From: Stegostoma tigrinum | Lineage: Eukaryota | Direction: 5' to 3' | Assembly (NCBI RefSeq): GCF_030684315.1 | Contig: NC_081380.1 | Coordinates: 1,118,379-1,182,378 of the forward strand | Length of the DNA: 64,000 nt | Shown here: piece by piece, positions 14,534 through 26,244 of the stretch | Layout: the number at the start of each line of letters is the position of its first letter | Position numbering within the stretch: position 1 is the stretch's first letter | Position numbers and translations under genes: made by a program | The notes under the pieces: model-generated | What the model saw: the letters and a program-made list of their open reading frames with translations, nothing else | The model's database searches: none | Told to the model about the DNA's origin: nothing

Positions 14534-14600
14534 CTATAAATCTCATTGTCCACGATGCTTCTCCCACACTGTCCGTAGGCATTGTTTCCCATACTGAAAA
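14534..14600 (-). CDS. RCC1L: RCC1L coding exon 4
   Basis: (V)FSMGNNAYGQCGRSIVDNEIY(S), an RCC1-repeat GxNxYGQCG motif; ttttcgcAG / GTAAGC; 67 nt. Confidence 0.95.
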
Positions 14601-14739
14601 CTGCGAAAAAACACAAACCAAATCCAAAAGAGCTCCCAAAATTTTATCAGAAAGCACCATCATCTGGCAGGGCTAAAAAATACAATTTCTAAAAAGGACA
14701 ATACAAGGAAAGGAGAGGGGTACTCTGTTGTACCAGATT

Positions 14740-15930
14740 AAAAAGCACAAGCAAAACAAATGGAGCTAAAAGCTGATAAGTCCCCTGGACCTGATGGGTT
14801 GTATCCTGGAATTTTAAAAGAAGTAGCTACAGAGATAGTAGGCGAGCAATCTCCAAAGAATTGTCAGATTCAGGAAAAGTCCTAGGGGACTGGTAAACTC
14901 CCACTGTATGATTTTTACTAAAAAGAGTAGGGAATTTTAAAATAAGACTAGTTAGCTTGACATCAGTCACTGGGAAAATGCTAAAGTATATTGTAAAGGA
15001 TCTAAGAGCAGAGAATTTAGAAATAAATACAAAATGAAGCAGAGTCAACACGGCTTCATGAAAAGGGAATCATGCCTGACAAATTTATTAGGGTTCTTTG
15101 AGGAGCTGACAAGCACGGTAGATAAAGGAGACACCAGTGGATGTAATAGATTTGGATTTCCAAAAGGTTTTAATAAGGTACCATACATAAGTCTATTTAA
15201 ACTATAATAACCCATGATGTTCTGGTTGTATATCAGCGTGAATAAAGGATTGGCTAACTAACAGAAAACAGAGAGTAGGGATCACAAGGGCATTTTCACA
15301 ACGGCAACATGGAGGGACTGTCAAACAGGAGGGGGTTCTTTGAAGTTTAGGAGAATAAGAGGAAACCTAATTGAAACATATAGGATAATTTTAGGGTCTT
15401 GACATGGAGAGATTGTTTCCCCTGTGGGAGAGTATAGGACCAGAGGATATAAGGTCAGAAAATGAGGTCGCCCGTTTAAGGCAGAGACAAAGAAGATATT
15501 TTTCCCCTCAGAAGGGAGCCTATCTGTAGAATTCTTTACTGTAGAGCGATGGGGGGCTGGGTTATAATGTATGTTCAAAGCTGGACAGAGAGACTTTTAA
15601 TCAGTAAGAAAATAAAAAGAGTCACAAACAAAAACAAATTGCTGGAGAAATGTAGCAGATCTGCCAGAAGGGTCACTATTCACAAAGCATTAACTCTGCT
15701 TCTCTATCCACAGATGCTGCCACATCTGTTGAGTTTCTCTAGCAATATTTGTTTGAGTTTTAGATTTCCAGCATCTGCACTTCTTTGTTTTAGTTTAGGG
15801 AATCAAGGATTATCCGGGATAAAGCTGGAGAGTGGAGTTGAGGATCATCAGAGCAGCTATGATCTCAGTGAATGGCAGAGCAGACTTGAAGGGCTGAATG
15901 GTCCACTTCTACTCCTACATCTTAAGGCCC
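14740..15930 (+). mobile_element. CR1 LINE fragment containing a Penelope-type fold-back insert (~15625-15795)
   Basis: gataagtcccctggacctgatgg, cacggcttcatgaaaaggga, gatttccaaaagg RT motifs. Confidence 0.8.
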
Positions 15931-16479
15931 CTATCACATTATTAAATAATACAATGACTTTCAAACTTTCTTACATTTAAATTTCTCATGGCACCAAACT
16001 TTGCTAGATTTGTAATCACCTGCATTCCTACAATGTTACAACATACCTTCTCTGCACCACCTCCCACTATGCCTGCTCATTGCCCATTGCCTCATCTCTT
16101 ACATACTTTGCACTACTGACTTTGGCCTCCAACTCCCACTACCAACATCACCACTTGTGGCTGTACTTTCTGGACAGTAATGTCTGGAATTCCCTTCATA
16201 ATGTCTTTCCCTCACCTCTACTCCTTCACCCCAGCTTCCTGAATGACCAAACATTTGAACGGCACACAAGCCTGGTGCAAGTCTGGCTAGGGGAGCTGAC
16301 TGAGTATTGAACTATAACATACATAACTGGGTCAGGGTCACTGCTTTAATCTGAAATAAATATATCCCTTACAGATTTAGTGCTCTGAAACAATTTTGTA
16401 GAAAAACACAAACACTGGAGCTTTCAGCAAAAATACATCACATGAAGGAGGAAAAATGAAAAGAAAACGATGAACCAAT

Positions 16480-18460
16480 CATGGGTAACTAAGCAAGCCA
16501 AGGAGAGTATGACATTGAAAAAAAAGCATAAACGGAGGTAAAAGTCAGTGATAGCTCCCAACACTGGGATAAATTCAGAATCCCATTAAGGAGGACTAAA
16601 AGATAATTAAGACAAAGAAGATAATTAAGTACAAGCTAGATAGGAAAATTAAAATTGACAATAAAAATTTATTTAAATATATAAAAAGAAAGAGAGAAAT
16701 CAGGGGGAAGAAAGTAGGGAGAGGTGCGTGGAATTAAGTATCGTCACCAGAGAAGTAGTATCAGACAAACTAATGTGCTAAAGGCAGATAAGTCACCTCG
16801 CCTTGTGAGTTGCATCCTAGGGTCTTAAAAGAGGTAGCTACAGAGATAATTAATGCATTGGATTCTGTGAAGTACCAGAGGTTCGGAAAACTGCTATTGT
16901 GACACCCATTCAGAAAGGGCACAAAGTAGGTAACTGCAGGCAGATTGGCCTAACATCTATTGTTAGAAAAGCATTTCAATCAATTCTTAAAGAGCTAATG
17001 GTAACACATTTGGAAAATCATAATCTACTCAAGCTGACAATGGTTTCATGAAACGGAAATTAGGTCTGACTAATTTATTAGAGTCTTTTGAGGAAGTCTC
17101 AACCAAGGTGGATAAGGGAAATGGTAGATGCATTATATATGGACTTCCGAGAAGGCATTCGACGAGGTATCTCAAAAAATGTTAAGTAATAAAATGAGGT
17201 ATTGGAGGTAATATATTGGTATGAACAGAGAATTGGCTCATAGCAGGGCTCATAGTGAGCGGGATATGGGGTTCTTTTTCAGGTTGGCAATTGATAAGTA
17301 GTAGGGTTCCACAGGGATCAGTGCTGGGACCACAACTGCTTACAATATATATTAATAGTTCGCAGAAAGGAAGTGAATGTATTGTAGTCAGATTTACAGC
17401 CAACCGAAAAATATGTGGAAAGGCAGATTGTGAGAGGGATATAAGTAGCATACAGAGACATATTGATAGGTTATCTAAGTGGACAAAATGTTGGCAAACG
17501 AAATATGTCAGAAAACATGAAACCGATCATTTTGGAAGGGAGAACAGAAGAATAGTATGATTAAATGGAGACAAACTGCAGAAACCAATAATGCGTAGAA
17601 GGACTTGTGCATGAAACACAGAAACTTACCACACAGGTGCAGCAGGTAATTAGGAAGGCTAATGAAATATTGGCTCATTTCAAAGGGATTGGAGTATAAA
17701 AGGAGGGCAGTCTTACAGTAATTGAACAAGGTGCTGATGAAACCACATCTGCACAACTGAGCAGCATGGATTGGAAATAGCTAATGCAACACAAAATTAA
17801 CCCATAGATGGGAGCAAACAAGAGGCTTGCAAGCCTGACCCCAGACACTTGGAAACACAGGAACAATGAAGACAGTAAGAGATTTCAGATGGATAGGAGC
17901 AGATTGGTGAAGTGTGCAAACACATAGGAAATTATATTTAATGTAGAATATGTCAAGTGATGCATTTTGCTCAAAGTAATGATGAGAGACAACATGAGAG
18001 AACTTTAAAGGCAGTGCCGGAACAGAAAAAGGTCCAACGATACATACACAATTCAACAGAACAAGTTGAGAAGGCTGTGGAGGAAAATATGAGCATTTGA
18101 TTTTATAAACAAACTAAACAGAACAAAAGTAAAGAAATTATGTTCAATATTTATAAATTACTCGCTGATGACACAATACAGGGCACCACACTTTAGGAAG
18201 AATATCAAGACCTTTGACAAAACACAGAAGAAACTTGCTAACATTAATACTGCTAACTAGTGTGCTGCCTGACAGGGTAGGGAGAGCAAATTGAATTGGA
18301 ACTTGCACAGTGAAATTGTTGAGAATATGAACAGAGAAAAATTACGAGGTTTTGGGAAAAATAACAGGAAAGTGGGCCAAATCAGACAACGCTTTCAAAG
18401 AATTGTTACGGGAACAATGGGCTGAATGGCCTCCTGTTATTTGCAATCCTACAACTGGCC
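16480..18460 (+). mobile_element. CR1 LINE fragments
   Basis: SRVPQGSVLGPQLLTIYIN peptide; CR1 3' end. Confidence 0.8.
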
Positions 18461-18956
18461 TAGATAAATTTTTTCACTACTTCTTGAAAGGGTAAATGAG
18501 GATGGAGAGAAATTTAAATGTAATTGGTTGGTAGTACAGAAAGCAAACAATGCGAGAAAGGAGACAAGCAGCTGAAGCTTTTCAGCTCATACATCAGGAC
18601 TAGGACTCAAGACTTGAAAAAAGAGACACAGTTTTAATACAGCACAAAAAACAGAGTGCTGATTGGTTAGGTGATCACTGGAATTATAATCTCAGACTTG
18701 CTCAATGGGCTGCAGTCTTTCCCTGTCTTTCCTCTCCAGTTTGCAGCGGCAACAAACTGACCTCTACTGCCCCTTAAACAGGTATTTGAACAGGGTCAGG
18801 TTGTGACACCATCAGTTTATTTACACAAGGATTATTCTTCTACCAACTGGCAAAATTACAACCATATAAACAAAAACAACCTACCACAGCTTAAGGGTGA
18901 ATGATGGAGAGCAGGAAACCTGTCATATACAATTGAAGAAGAAAGAAGATACAGAC

Positions 18957-19085
18957 CTCCTTCGTTGTCAGTCAGCAGTAGCGAATGTGCTCTCCCACAT
19001 GACACCTGGATCACACGGGTTTCCTGAGGCCTCTCTAGAGGTAACGGCACTGGTGATGGTTCCAGAACAAATTCATAGCCCTTTG
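18957..19085 (-). CDS. RCC1L: RCC1L coding exon 3
   Basis: (T)KGYEFVLEPSPVPLPLERPQETRVIQVSCGRAHSLLLTDNEG; tttcAG acceptor, GTCTGT donor; 129 nt, frame-consistent. Confidence 0.95.
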
Positions 19086-20449
19086 CTGAAACAGGATTCA
19101 GAACAGTACAGTAACAATGTGTGCTTCTGGAGCAAAAGAAATCCAACCTTGCATTTTAAGGTCTTAGTTTTGATTTACTCAAAATGCTATTACCCCACAA
19201 CACGGTCACCCACGGCTCAAGCGTTCACATAGATTAGACTCCATTGGTCTTACCTACTGTCATAGAATTCCGGATAAGAACTCAGGCTCCAGAGTTTAAG
19301 GATTAGTTTTCTCATTGGTTACTCTTTATAAAGGAAATTACTGGAGGTAGTGTAAATAGGGGCTGGAATTCTAATGAAACGATTTACCCATAATCTGGAA
19401 CAATTGGTGAAATTATTGAACCACTATTTCCTGCCCAATGCATTGGAATGTTAAAAGGCGTTTGGTACACATCAGTTAGTTGCCGAGGTCACATCCATAT
19501 TTCTGTTAAAAGTACATCTGTACAGACCTGTTACAGGTCAGGGTGTGTTCAGTCCTCGAGACCCCTTACTCAATGCACACATAAGGAACAAAAAGGGATA
19601 TGAGTGAACCCACTACGGTCAGTTTGACTGAAAGACTGTCAGCAACAGTTACAGACTTTGATGCACATGATGTAGCCCATCAATATTGCATTAAAACTCT
19701 GACTCAGTCACAAAGGAAATGGTCAATCGCTCAGTCGGCTGGCCACATGACTGCATCGTGCTTCATACATCACAAGGAATGTTCTAGAAGGCTGGATGGA
19801 CTGCTTCTTTGCTCAGTCCCAGGTACGTTGTTTGCTGATTTTTACACTGACCGTGACTTGCTGAAAAGTATTCATCAATCCACTGACTGATCATAGGAAG
19901 TATATGTGTTTTGTCAAAGGTCTTGACATTCTTCCTAAAGTGTGGTACCCTGTATTGTGTCACCAGTCAGTAATTTATAATATTGAACACAGTTTCTTTG
20001 CTTCTGTTCTGTATAGTTTGTTGATAAAATCAAATGCTCATATATTCTTCCACAGCCTTCTCAACTTGTTATGTTGAATTGTGTACGTATATTTGGACCA
20101 CTGTCTGTTCTGCTACTTCCTTTAAAATTCATTCGTGCTGTCAGAGACCAAAATAAGAGCCGGCAATATGGATTTCAAGGAAATCTTCTATCTCAGAATG
20201 GTTGGAATGTGAACTTTATTCTGTTGAAGCAAATAAATGCATTTAAGGGGGAACCTTAACAAGCACATGAGAGAAAGGAATCTAAGGATAAGCTGACAGG
20301 AGATAAAGCCAGGCTGAGGTGGTTCACATCGCTCTTGTGCTGCATGTTCGAGGTAATCAACACCCCAAACCCTAAACACAAATCTCCAACGGAATAAAAG
20401 CGAACACCAAACACAGAACATTTGCCATTTCAAGGTCACCGCAACTCAC

Positions 20450-20579
20450 TCCTATCTGCCCGACTCCGGTGAAATCCAATCTGGGAATCTTTGTTCAAGC
20501 CCATTCCCCAGACCTTGGTGATGTCACGAGTTTGTGAAGCCAATAAAGTGAACCCATAGCCACAGGCCGCAGATGAGAT
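20450..20579 (-). CDS. RCC1L: RCC1L coding exon 2
   Basis: ISSAACGYGFTLLASQTRDITKVWGMGLNKDSQIGFHRSRADR; ttttaacAG acceptor, GTGAGT donor; 130 nt, phase 0 to 1. Confidence 0.95.
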
Positions 20580-21299
20580 CTGTTAAAATGACATACAAAG
20601 GTTGCATTGTGAATGTTTGCATCTTGGAATGGTTTGATAAACCTATTTTTCAATGATGAATGGCATAAAATCATCATCAGATTTAAACACAATCTCCTGG
20701 CCCCACAAGCGGTCCAACAACAGACAATATTGACCAGTTATTTAACAGCATTGCTGAAACCAACCCCTCACTTACATTCCTGTCCCTCTTCTCAGTTTAG
20801 CATTGAAAGAAGCCTCTCTCTAAACCTTCTCCACACTCTCATCTCATTCTCAACTTCTCCACTTGCCTTCCATTTCTCTCCTCCATCAACCCCACTCTCT
20901 CCTAATCCACAAATGATCATGTCATGTTGTGACATTTGCATGAATTCATGTGCTTAAGAGAAAAAGAGATTATAATCAGTTCTCTTACCAATGCCATGTT
21001 TTTAACAAATGAAGCTATCACAAAAGATTTGACAATGTGGGGACGAGGATAGGATTGTCGATTAATAATTTCGGGTTGGAGGAGTTTCCAGTTGACCAAC
21101 TGAGAACATGATCTTCATTTGAGAAAAAGGTTTCAAATCTGATCTAAAATCAAGTAGTTTGTAAATGTGGATGGTGTGACCTTCTCAGGTGCCTGCACCT
21201 AGGAGAATTAATATATGACATGGAGTATGGTCACAACTGAGAGTCTGTCAGATGTGGAGAATCTAAGAACATTTTTCAATACAATATCTGGCTGAGGAT

Positions 21300-21905
21300 G
21301 CGCAGAGAGGTACGAGAGACTAAAGAGATTGCTTGCCTCACAAAGCCAAAGGACACACCACTGAAGGTCATTTTGATTCAGCTTGAGCAGCTCAACCAGC
21401 CCCAGCCTTCAGAGATTACAGAACAATGTTATGGTAGCAGGAATAAACTGCCCAATGAGATAACTAAAAGAGTTGATTGAGGTTTACATGTCAAAACACA
21501 CAATTTGTTCAGAGGAAGGCAAGGCCAGATCATCACAGGTCATGTCCATTATCCTACACTCAAAGAAAAGAGAGCGCAAAAACGGAAAGAAACTTGTCTC
21601 TGTTTAGAGTAGTATATGGAAGGTGCTCTACATTTATTTTCTCAGAACTAAAAACCAACCTTCACCATGATAAATAACAAATCAAAGCAGGATTGTGATT
21701 ACTTGTACAACTAGCAAAATTGTGTAGTTTGTTTGGTGTTTATGGTTTCCCACCAGAAATAATGTCTCACAACGGACCTCAATTTTGCATGGAAAAATTT
21801 TTGGAATTCAGGTGGCTGAACAGGATAAAATACAACAAAGTTCCATTTGTGTCATCCTGCTTGCAACAAAGCAGTAGAGTGCACAATGCAAGTTGTTATC
21901 AGTAA
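21300..21905 (+). mobile_element. Degraded Gypsy-type LTR retrotransposon integrase fragment
   Basis: LFGVYGFPPEIMSHNGPQFCMEKFLEF..NRIKY resembles the rve consensus LFARYGLPE.IVSDNGPQF.S.EF..F...NGI.H. Confidence 0.7.
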
Positions 21906-22222
21906 TCCTTAAATGCAATCTGAAGTAAGACAAAGTGCTGGAGAAACTCAGCAGATCTGGCATCATCTGTGAAGACAGAAACAGTACTCTGAACTCTCTC
22001 CAGCACTTTCTGCTTTTATTTCAGCCCTCCAGTTTCTGCAGTATTTTGCATTTATCTAAAATGTGGTCTTTCAATTGATCCCAAACTGGCAAAAGTGAAC
22101 TTCTGCTTTAACTATCCAATCACATTTCACATCACATCAGCTGAACTGCTTCTTAAAAGGCAGCCCAGTGCTCAGAGGTCATGGGAACTGCAGATGCTGG
22201 AGAATCCAAGATAACAACGTGT

Positions 22223-24431
22223 TAGCGAGTTTTGAGAAGATTTGTAACTCAGGTTGAGGTTGCGGAAGTGAGTTTGCTCGCTGAGCTGGAAGGTTAGTTT
22301 TCAGACGTTTTGTCACCATTCTAGGTAACATCATCAGTGAGCCTCCGACGAAGCGCTGGTGTTATGTCCCGCTTTCTATTTATCTGGTTAGGTTTCCTTG
22401 GGTTGGTGATGTCATTTCCTGTTCTTTTTCTCAGGGGATGGTAGATGGGCTCCAAGTCAATGTGTTTGTTGATGGAATTCCGGTTGGAATGCCATGCTTC
22501 TAGGAATTCTCGTGCATGTCTCTGTTTGGCTTGTCCTAGGATGGATGTGTTGTCCCAATCAAAGTGGTGTCCTTCCTCATCTGTATGTAAGGATATGAGT
22601 GATAGTGGGTCATGTCGTTTTGTGGCCAGTTGATGTTCATGTATCCTGGTGGCTAGTTTTCTGCCAGTTTGTCCAATGTAGTGTTTGTCACAGTTCTTGC
22701 AAGGTATTTTGTAGATGACGTTTGTTTTATTTGTTGTCTGTATAGGGTCTTTTAAGTTCATTAGCTGCTGTTTTATTGTGTTGGTGGGATTGTGGGCTAC
22801 CCTGATGCCAAGGGGTCCGAGTAGTCTGGCAGTCATTTTGGAAATGTCTTTGATGTAGGGGAGAGTGGTTATGGTTTCTGAGCCCGTTTTGTCTGTTTGT
22901 TTGGGTTTGTTGCTGAGAAATCGGCAGACTGTGTTCACAGGGTACCCATTCTTTTTGAATACGCTGTATAGGTGATTTTCCTCTGCTCTGCGTAGTTCCT
23001 CTGTGCTGCAGTGTGTGGTGGCTCGTTGGAATAATGTTCTAACGCAGCTTCATTTGTGGGTGTTGGGATGGTTGCTTCTGTAGTTCAGTATTTGGTCCGT
23101 ATGTGTTGTTTTCCTGTAGACGCTGGTTTGAAGTTCCCCATTGACTGTTCGCTCTACATCTAGGAATGGCAGTTTGTTGTTGTTTTCCTCCTCTTTTGTG
23201 AATGTTAGGCCAGTAAGGGTATTACTGATGGTCTTGAATGTTTCCTCTAATTTGTTTTGTTTATAACAATAACAAAACCTACAGACAAACCAACGGTACA
23301 CCCATGGGATCTCTGATATCAGGGTTATTAGCAGAGGTAGTAATGCAGAGACTTGAACAAACAGCTCTACCAATCATCCAACCCAAACTTTGGGTCCACT
23401 ATGTGGATGACACCTTTGTCATCACTAAACAAAACAAATTAGAGGAAACATTCAAGACCATCAGTAATACCCTTTACTGGCATAACATTCACAAAAGAGG
23501 AGGAAAACAACAACAAACTGCCATTCCTAGATGTCACAGTAGAGCGAACAGTCAATGGGGAACTTCAAACCAGCGTCTACAGGAAAACAACACATAGGGA
23601 CCAAATACTGAACTACAGGAGCAACCATCCCAACACCCACAAACGAAGCTGCGTTAGAACATTATTCCAACGAGCCACCACACACTGCAGCACAGAGGAA
23701 CTACGCAGAGCAGAGGAAAATCACCTACACAGCGTATTCAAAAAGAATGGGTACCCTGTGAACACAGTCTGCCGATTTCTCAGCAACAAACCCAAACAAA
23801 CAGACAAAACGGGCCCAGAAACCATAACCACTCTCCCCTACATCAAAGACATTTCCAAAATGACTGCCAGACTACTCGGACCCCTTGGCATCAGGGTAGC
23901 CCACAAACCCACCAACACACTAAAACAGCAGCTAATGAACTTAAAAGACCCTATACAGACAACAAATAAAACAAACGTCATCTACAAAATACCTTGCAAG
24001 AACTGTGACAAACACTACATTGGACAAACAGGCAGAAAGCTAGCCACCAGGATACATGAACATCAACTAGCCACAAAACGACATGACCCACTATCACTCG
24101 TTCCTTACATACAGATAAGGAAGGACACCACTTTGATTGGGACAACACATCCATCCTAGGACAAGCCAAACAGAGACATGCACGAGAATTCCTAGAAGCA
24201 TGGCATTCCAACCGGAATTCCATCAACAAACACATTGACTTGGAGCCCATCTACCATCCCCTGAGAAAAAGAACAGGAAATGACATCACCAACCCAAGGA
24301 AACCTAACCAGATAAACAGAAAGCGGGACATAACACCAGCGCTTCGTCGGAGGCTCACTGATGATGTTACCTAGAATGGTGACGAAACGTCTGAAAACTA
24401 ACCTTCCAGCTCAGTGAGCAAACTCACATCC
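22223..24431. mobile_element. Penelope-like element (RT + GIY-YIG): two 5'-truncated copies joined head-to-head in inverted orientation
   Basis: RT motifs YRQTNGTPMGS...YVDDTF; GIY-YIG NVIYKIPCKNCDKHYIGQTGR..RIHEH on both strands; junction ~23263; TSD-like ATAACAACGTGT (22211-22222) / ATAACAAAGTGT (24432-24443). Confidence 0.95.
24348..24408 (+). ncRNA. Minimal type I hammerhead ribozyme motif of the Penelope pLTR
   Basis: CTGATGA (24358) - stem II GTTACC/GGTGAC - GAAACGTC (24384-24391); TCA/TGA helix I; palindromic ACGT helix III. Confidence 0.75.
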
Positions 24432-24699
24432 ATAACAAAGTGTGGAGCTGGATAAGCACAGCAGGACAAGCAGCATCTTAAGAGCACAAAATGCTGCTGG
24501 GCCTGCTGTCCACACTTTGTTATCCCAGTTCCCAGTGCTGTTATCGTGCAATAGTAATTTCCCTACTTCTGTACCACAAGGACCTGTAACAACTTCCAAC
24601 TGCTCCACAGTTGTGTAATAACATCCAGAAACAGACATCAGGAAAAAAAACAAGCATGATTGCTGAAAGATATTTAGCAGAATCACCGTCTAATACCAT

Positions 24700-25700
24700 C
24701 ACCCCTCTCCCCACCTCCAAATCCCTCCAGTCTCCTGCCCTGCCTTCACCCCCCACTTGCCCACACTCCCTCTTCGCCAATTTTCCCCCCATTCCACCAC
24801 TCCCATTGTCCCCAACTCTCCTGACCATGGGCCAATCCCAATCCTTGATTCACTCCTCCACCATCTCCACCCTACTTGACCAACACCCACTCCAATACTC
24901 ACACGCCATTTCTACATTCCCTTCTCCACATCCTCCACTTTACCAATCTTCTCTCATGCTCAGCACCTTCCCATCCATTTTCCCCTTGTCCCCAAGCCAC
25001 GCTTCCACCACCCCAATTTCCATAACACTGCACCACCATCCCCACTCTCCTCACCCAGATTCCAAATCCCCCTTGCATCACAGAACATCCATCCAACTCC
25101 ATATGCACCCTCCTCACCCCATTCCCACTTCACCCCATTTCGCTCTATCCTACCCCGACACCCTCCCCCTCCATCCCACACCCTCCCTGTCGACCCCCAA
25201 ACCATCCCAACCCCCTCACCTTCCATCTATCCCACTCCTACCCTCATCCCCAGCCACACCAACTGACCCCCACCCCCTCCCATCACCATCTTATCTTCCA
25301 TCCTACCCTAACTCCCAGCCACACCAACTGACCCCCACCCCACTCCGTCACCATCTTACCTTCCATCCTACCCTCCCTCCCAACCGCATCACCCTACCCC
25401 CACGCCCCTCCGCCCTACCCTAACTCCCAGCCGCACCAACCTACCCCCATGCCGCCCCTCCTCCACCATCTTACCCTCCATCCTACGCTCACTCCCAGCC
25501 ACACCACCCTACCCCATGCCCCTCCGCCACCATCTTATCCACCATCCTACCCCCACCCCCTTCCACCACCATCTTACCCTCCATTCTACCCTCACTCTCA
25601 GCCACACCAACCTACCCCCACGCCCCTCTGCCACCATCTTACCCTCCATCCTACCCTCAATCCACACTCCCTCCATCCTAGCGCCCCCCCACCTGACTCC
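24700..25700 (+). repeat. C-rich low-complexity region / degenerate ~50-nt minisatellite in RCC1L intron 1
   Basis: Recurring caccatcttaccctccatcctaccct.actcccagccacaccaac units; G nearly absent on the plus strand. Confidence 0.85.
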
Positions 25701-26130
25701 ACTCTCCGTCGCCCCTCACCCTCTGTTCCAGCTCCACTCCGCACGGCCTCAGTTGGATTTGCCGGGGTTTCTGGCCTCCGCTGCGGCCCAGCACCAGGTG
25801 CGGGAGGCCCAGGGCCCCGGTGTGGGCGAATCCCCAGACGAACACGCGGCTCTTCCTGCGGCCTTTGCCCATGTAGCGGAGGACCGGGTCCGGGGCCTGT
25901 GCCCCCCGCAGGCCTCGGGCCTGGAGCCAGCGCCAACCGCAGCTCCTCAGGGACATTCCCAGCCTCCAGGCCCCGGCCGCCAACTGCAGAAGGTCAAAGG
26001 CTGCGGTTCGCTGGGGGCCGCCATGATGGGAAGGGCGACGACCGCCCTTTCCCCTTAAAGTGACAATGTACGTCTCTACACGGTGGGGTCCACATTGATT
26101 AACAGCAGCAACGGAAACTCGTTTCCTCAA
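25700..26130. promoter_or_regulatory. CpG-rich promoter/first-exon island of RCC1L
   Basis: Sharp rise in GC and CpG over exon 1 and upstream; YY1-like GCCGCCAT at ~26017-26024. Confidence 0.7.
25720..25956 (-). CDS. RCC1L: RCC1-like protein (WBSCR16), coding exon 1
   Basis: ATG at 25956; MSLRSCGWRWLQARGLRGAQAPDPVLRYMGKGRRKSRVFVWGFAHTGALGLP...VELEQR resembles human RCC1L (RVFVWGFSFSGALGVP...LELDQK). Arg-rich presequence-like N-terminus, GTGAGG donor, CpG-rich. Exact start codon less certain. Confidence 0.88.
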
Positions 26131-26244
26131 TCAATATGTAGAGCGCCCTGACAAGAACAAAAACAAAGTTGCTGCAAATCCAGCAGGTCTGTGAAGGAAA
26201 CAAAAGTTCACGTTTCGGGTCTGGTGACCCATCCTCAGAGGGCC

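Noticed and set aside
15549-15980. 143-aa ORF
   Set aside because: Chimera of a CR1 3' end and a Penelope-type fold-back insert
24611-26063. Long Pro/His/Ser-rich plus-strand ORFs (270, 204, 180 aa)
   Set aside because: By-products of the C-rich repeat and the antisense strand of RCC1L exon 1
25957-26130. N-terminal extension of RCC1L from the ORF-track start
   Set aside because: Starts at TTG in promoter sequence; no similarity to RCC1L recognised
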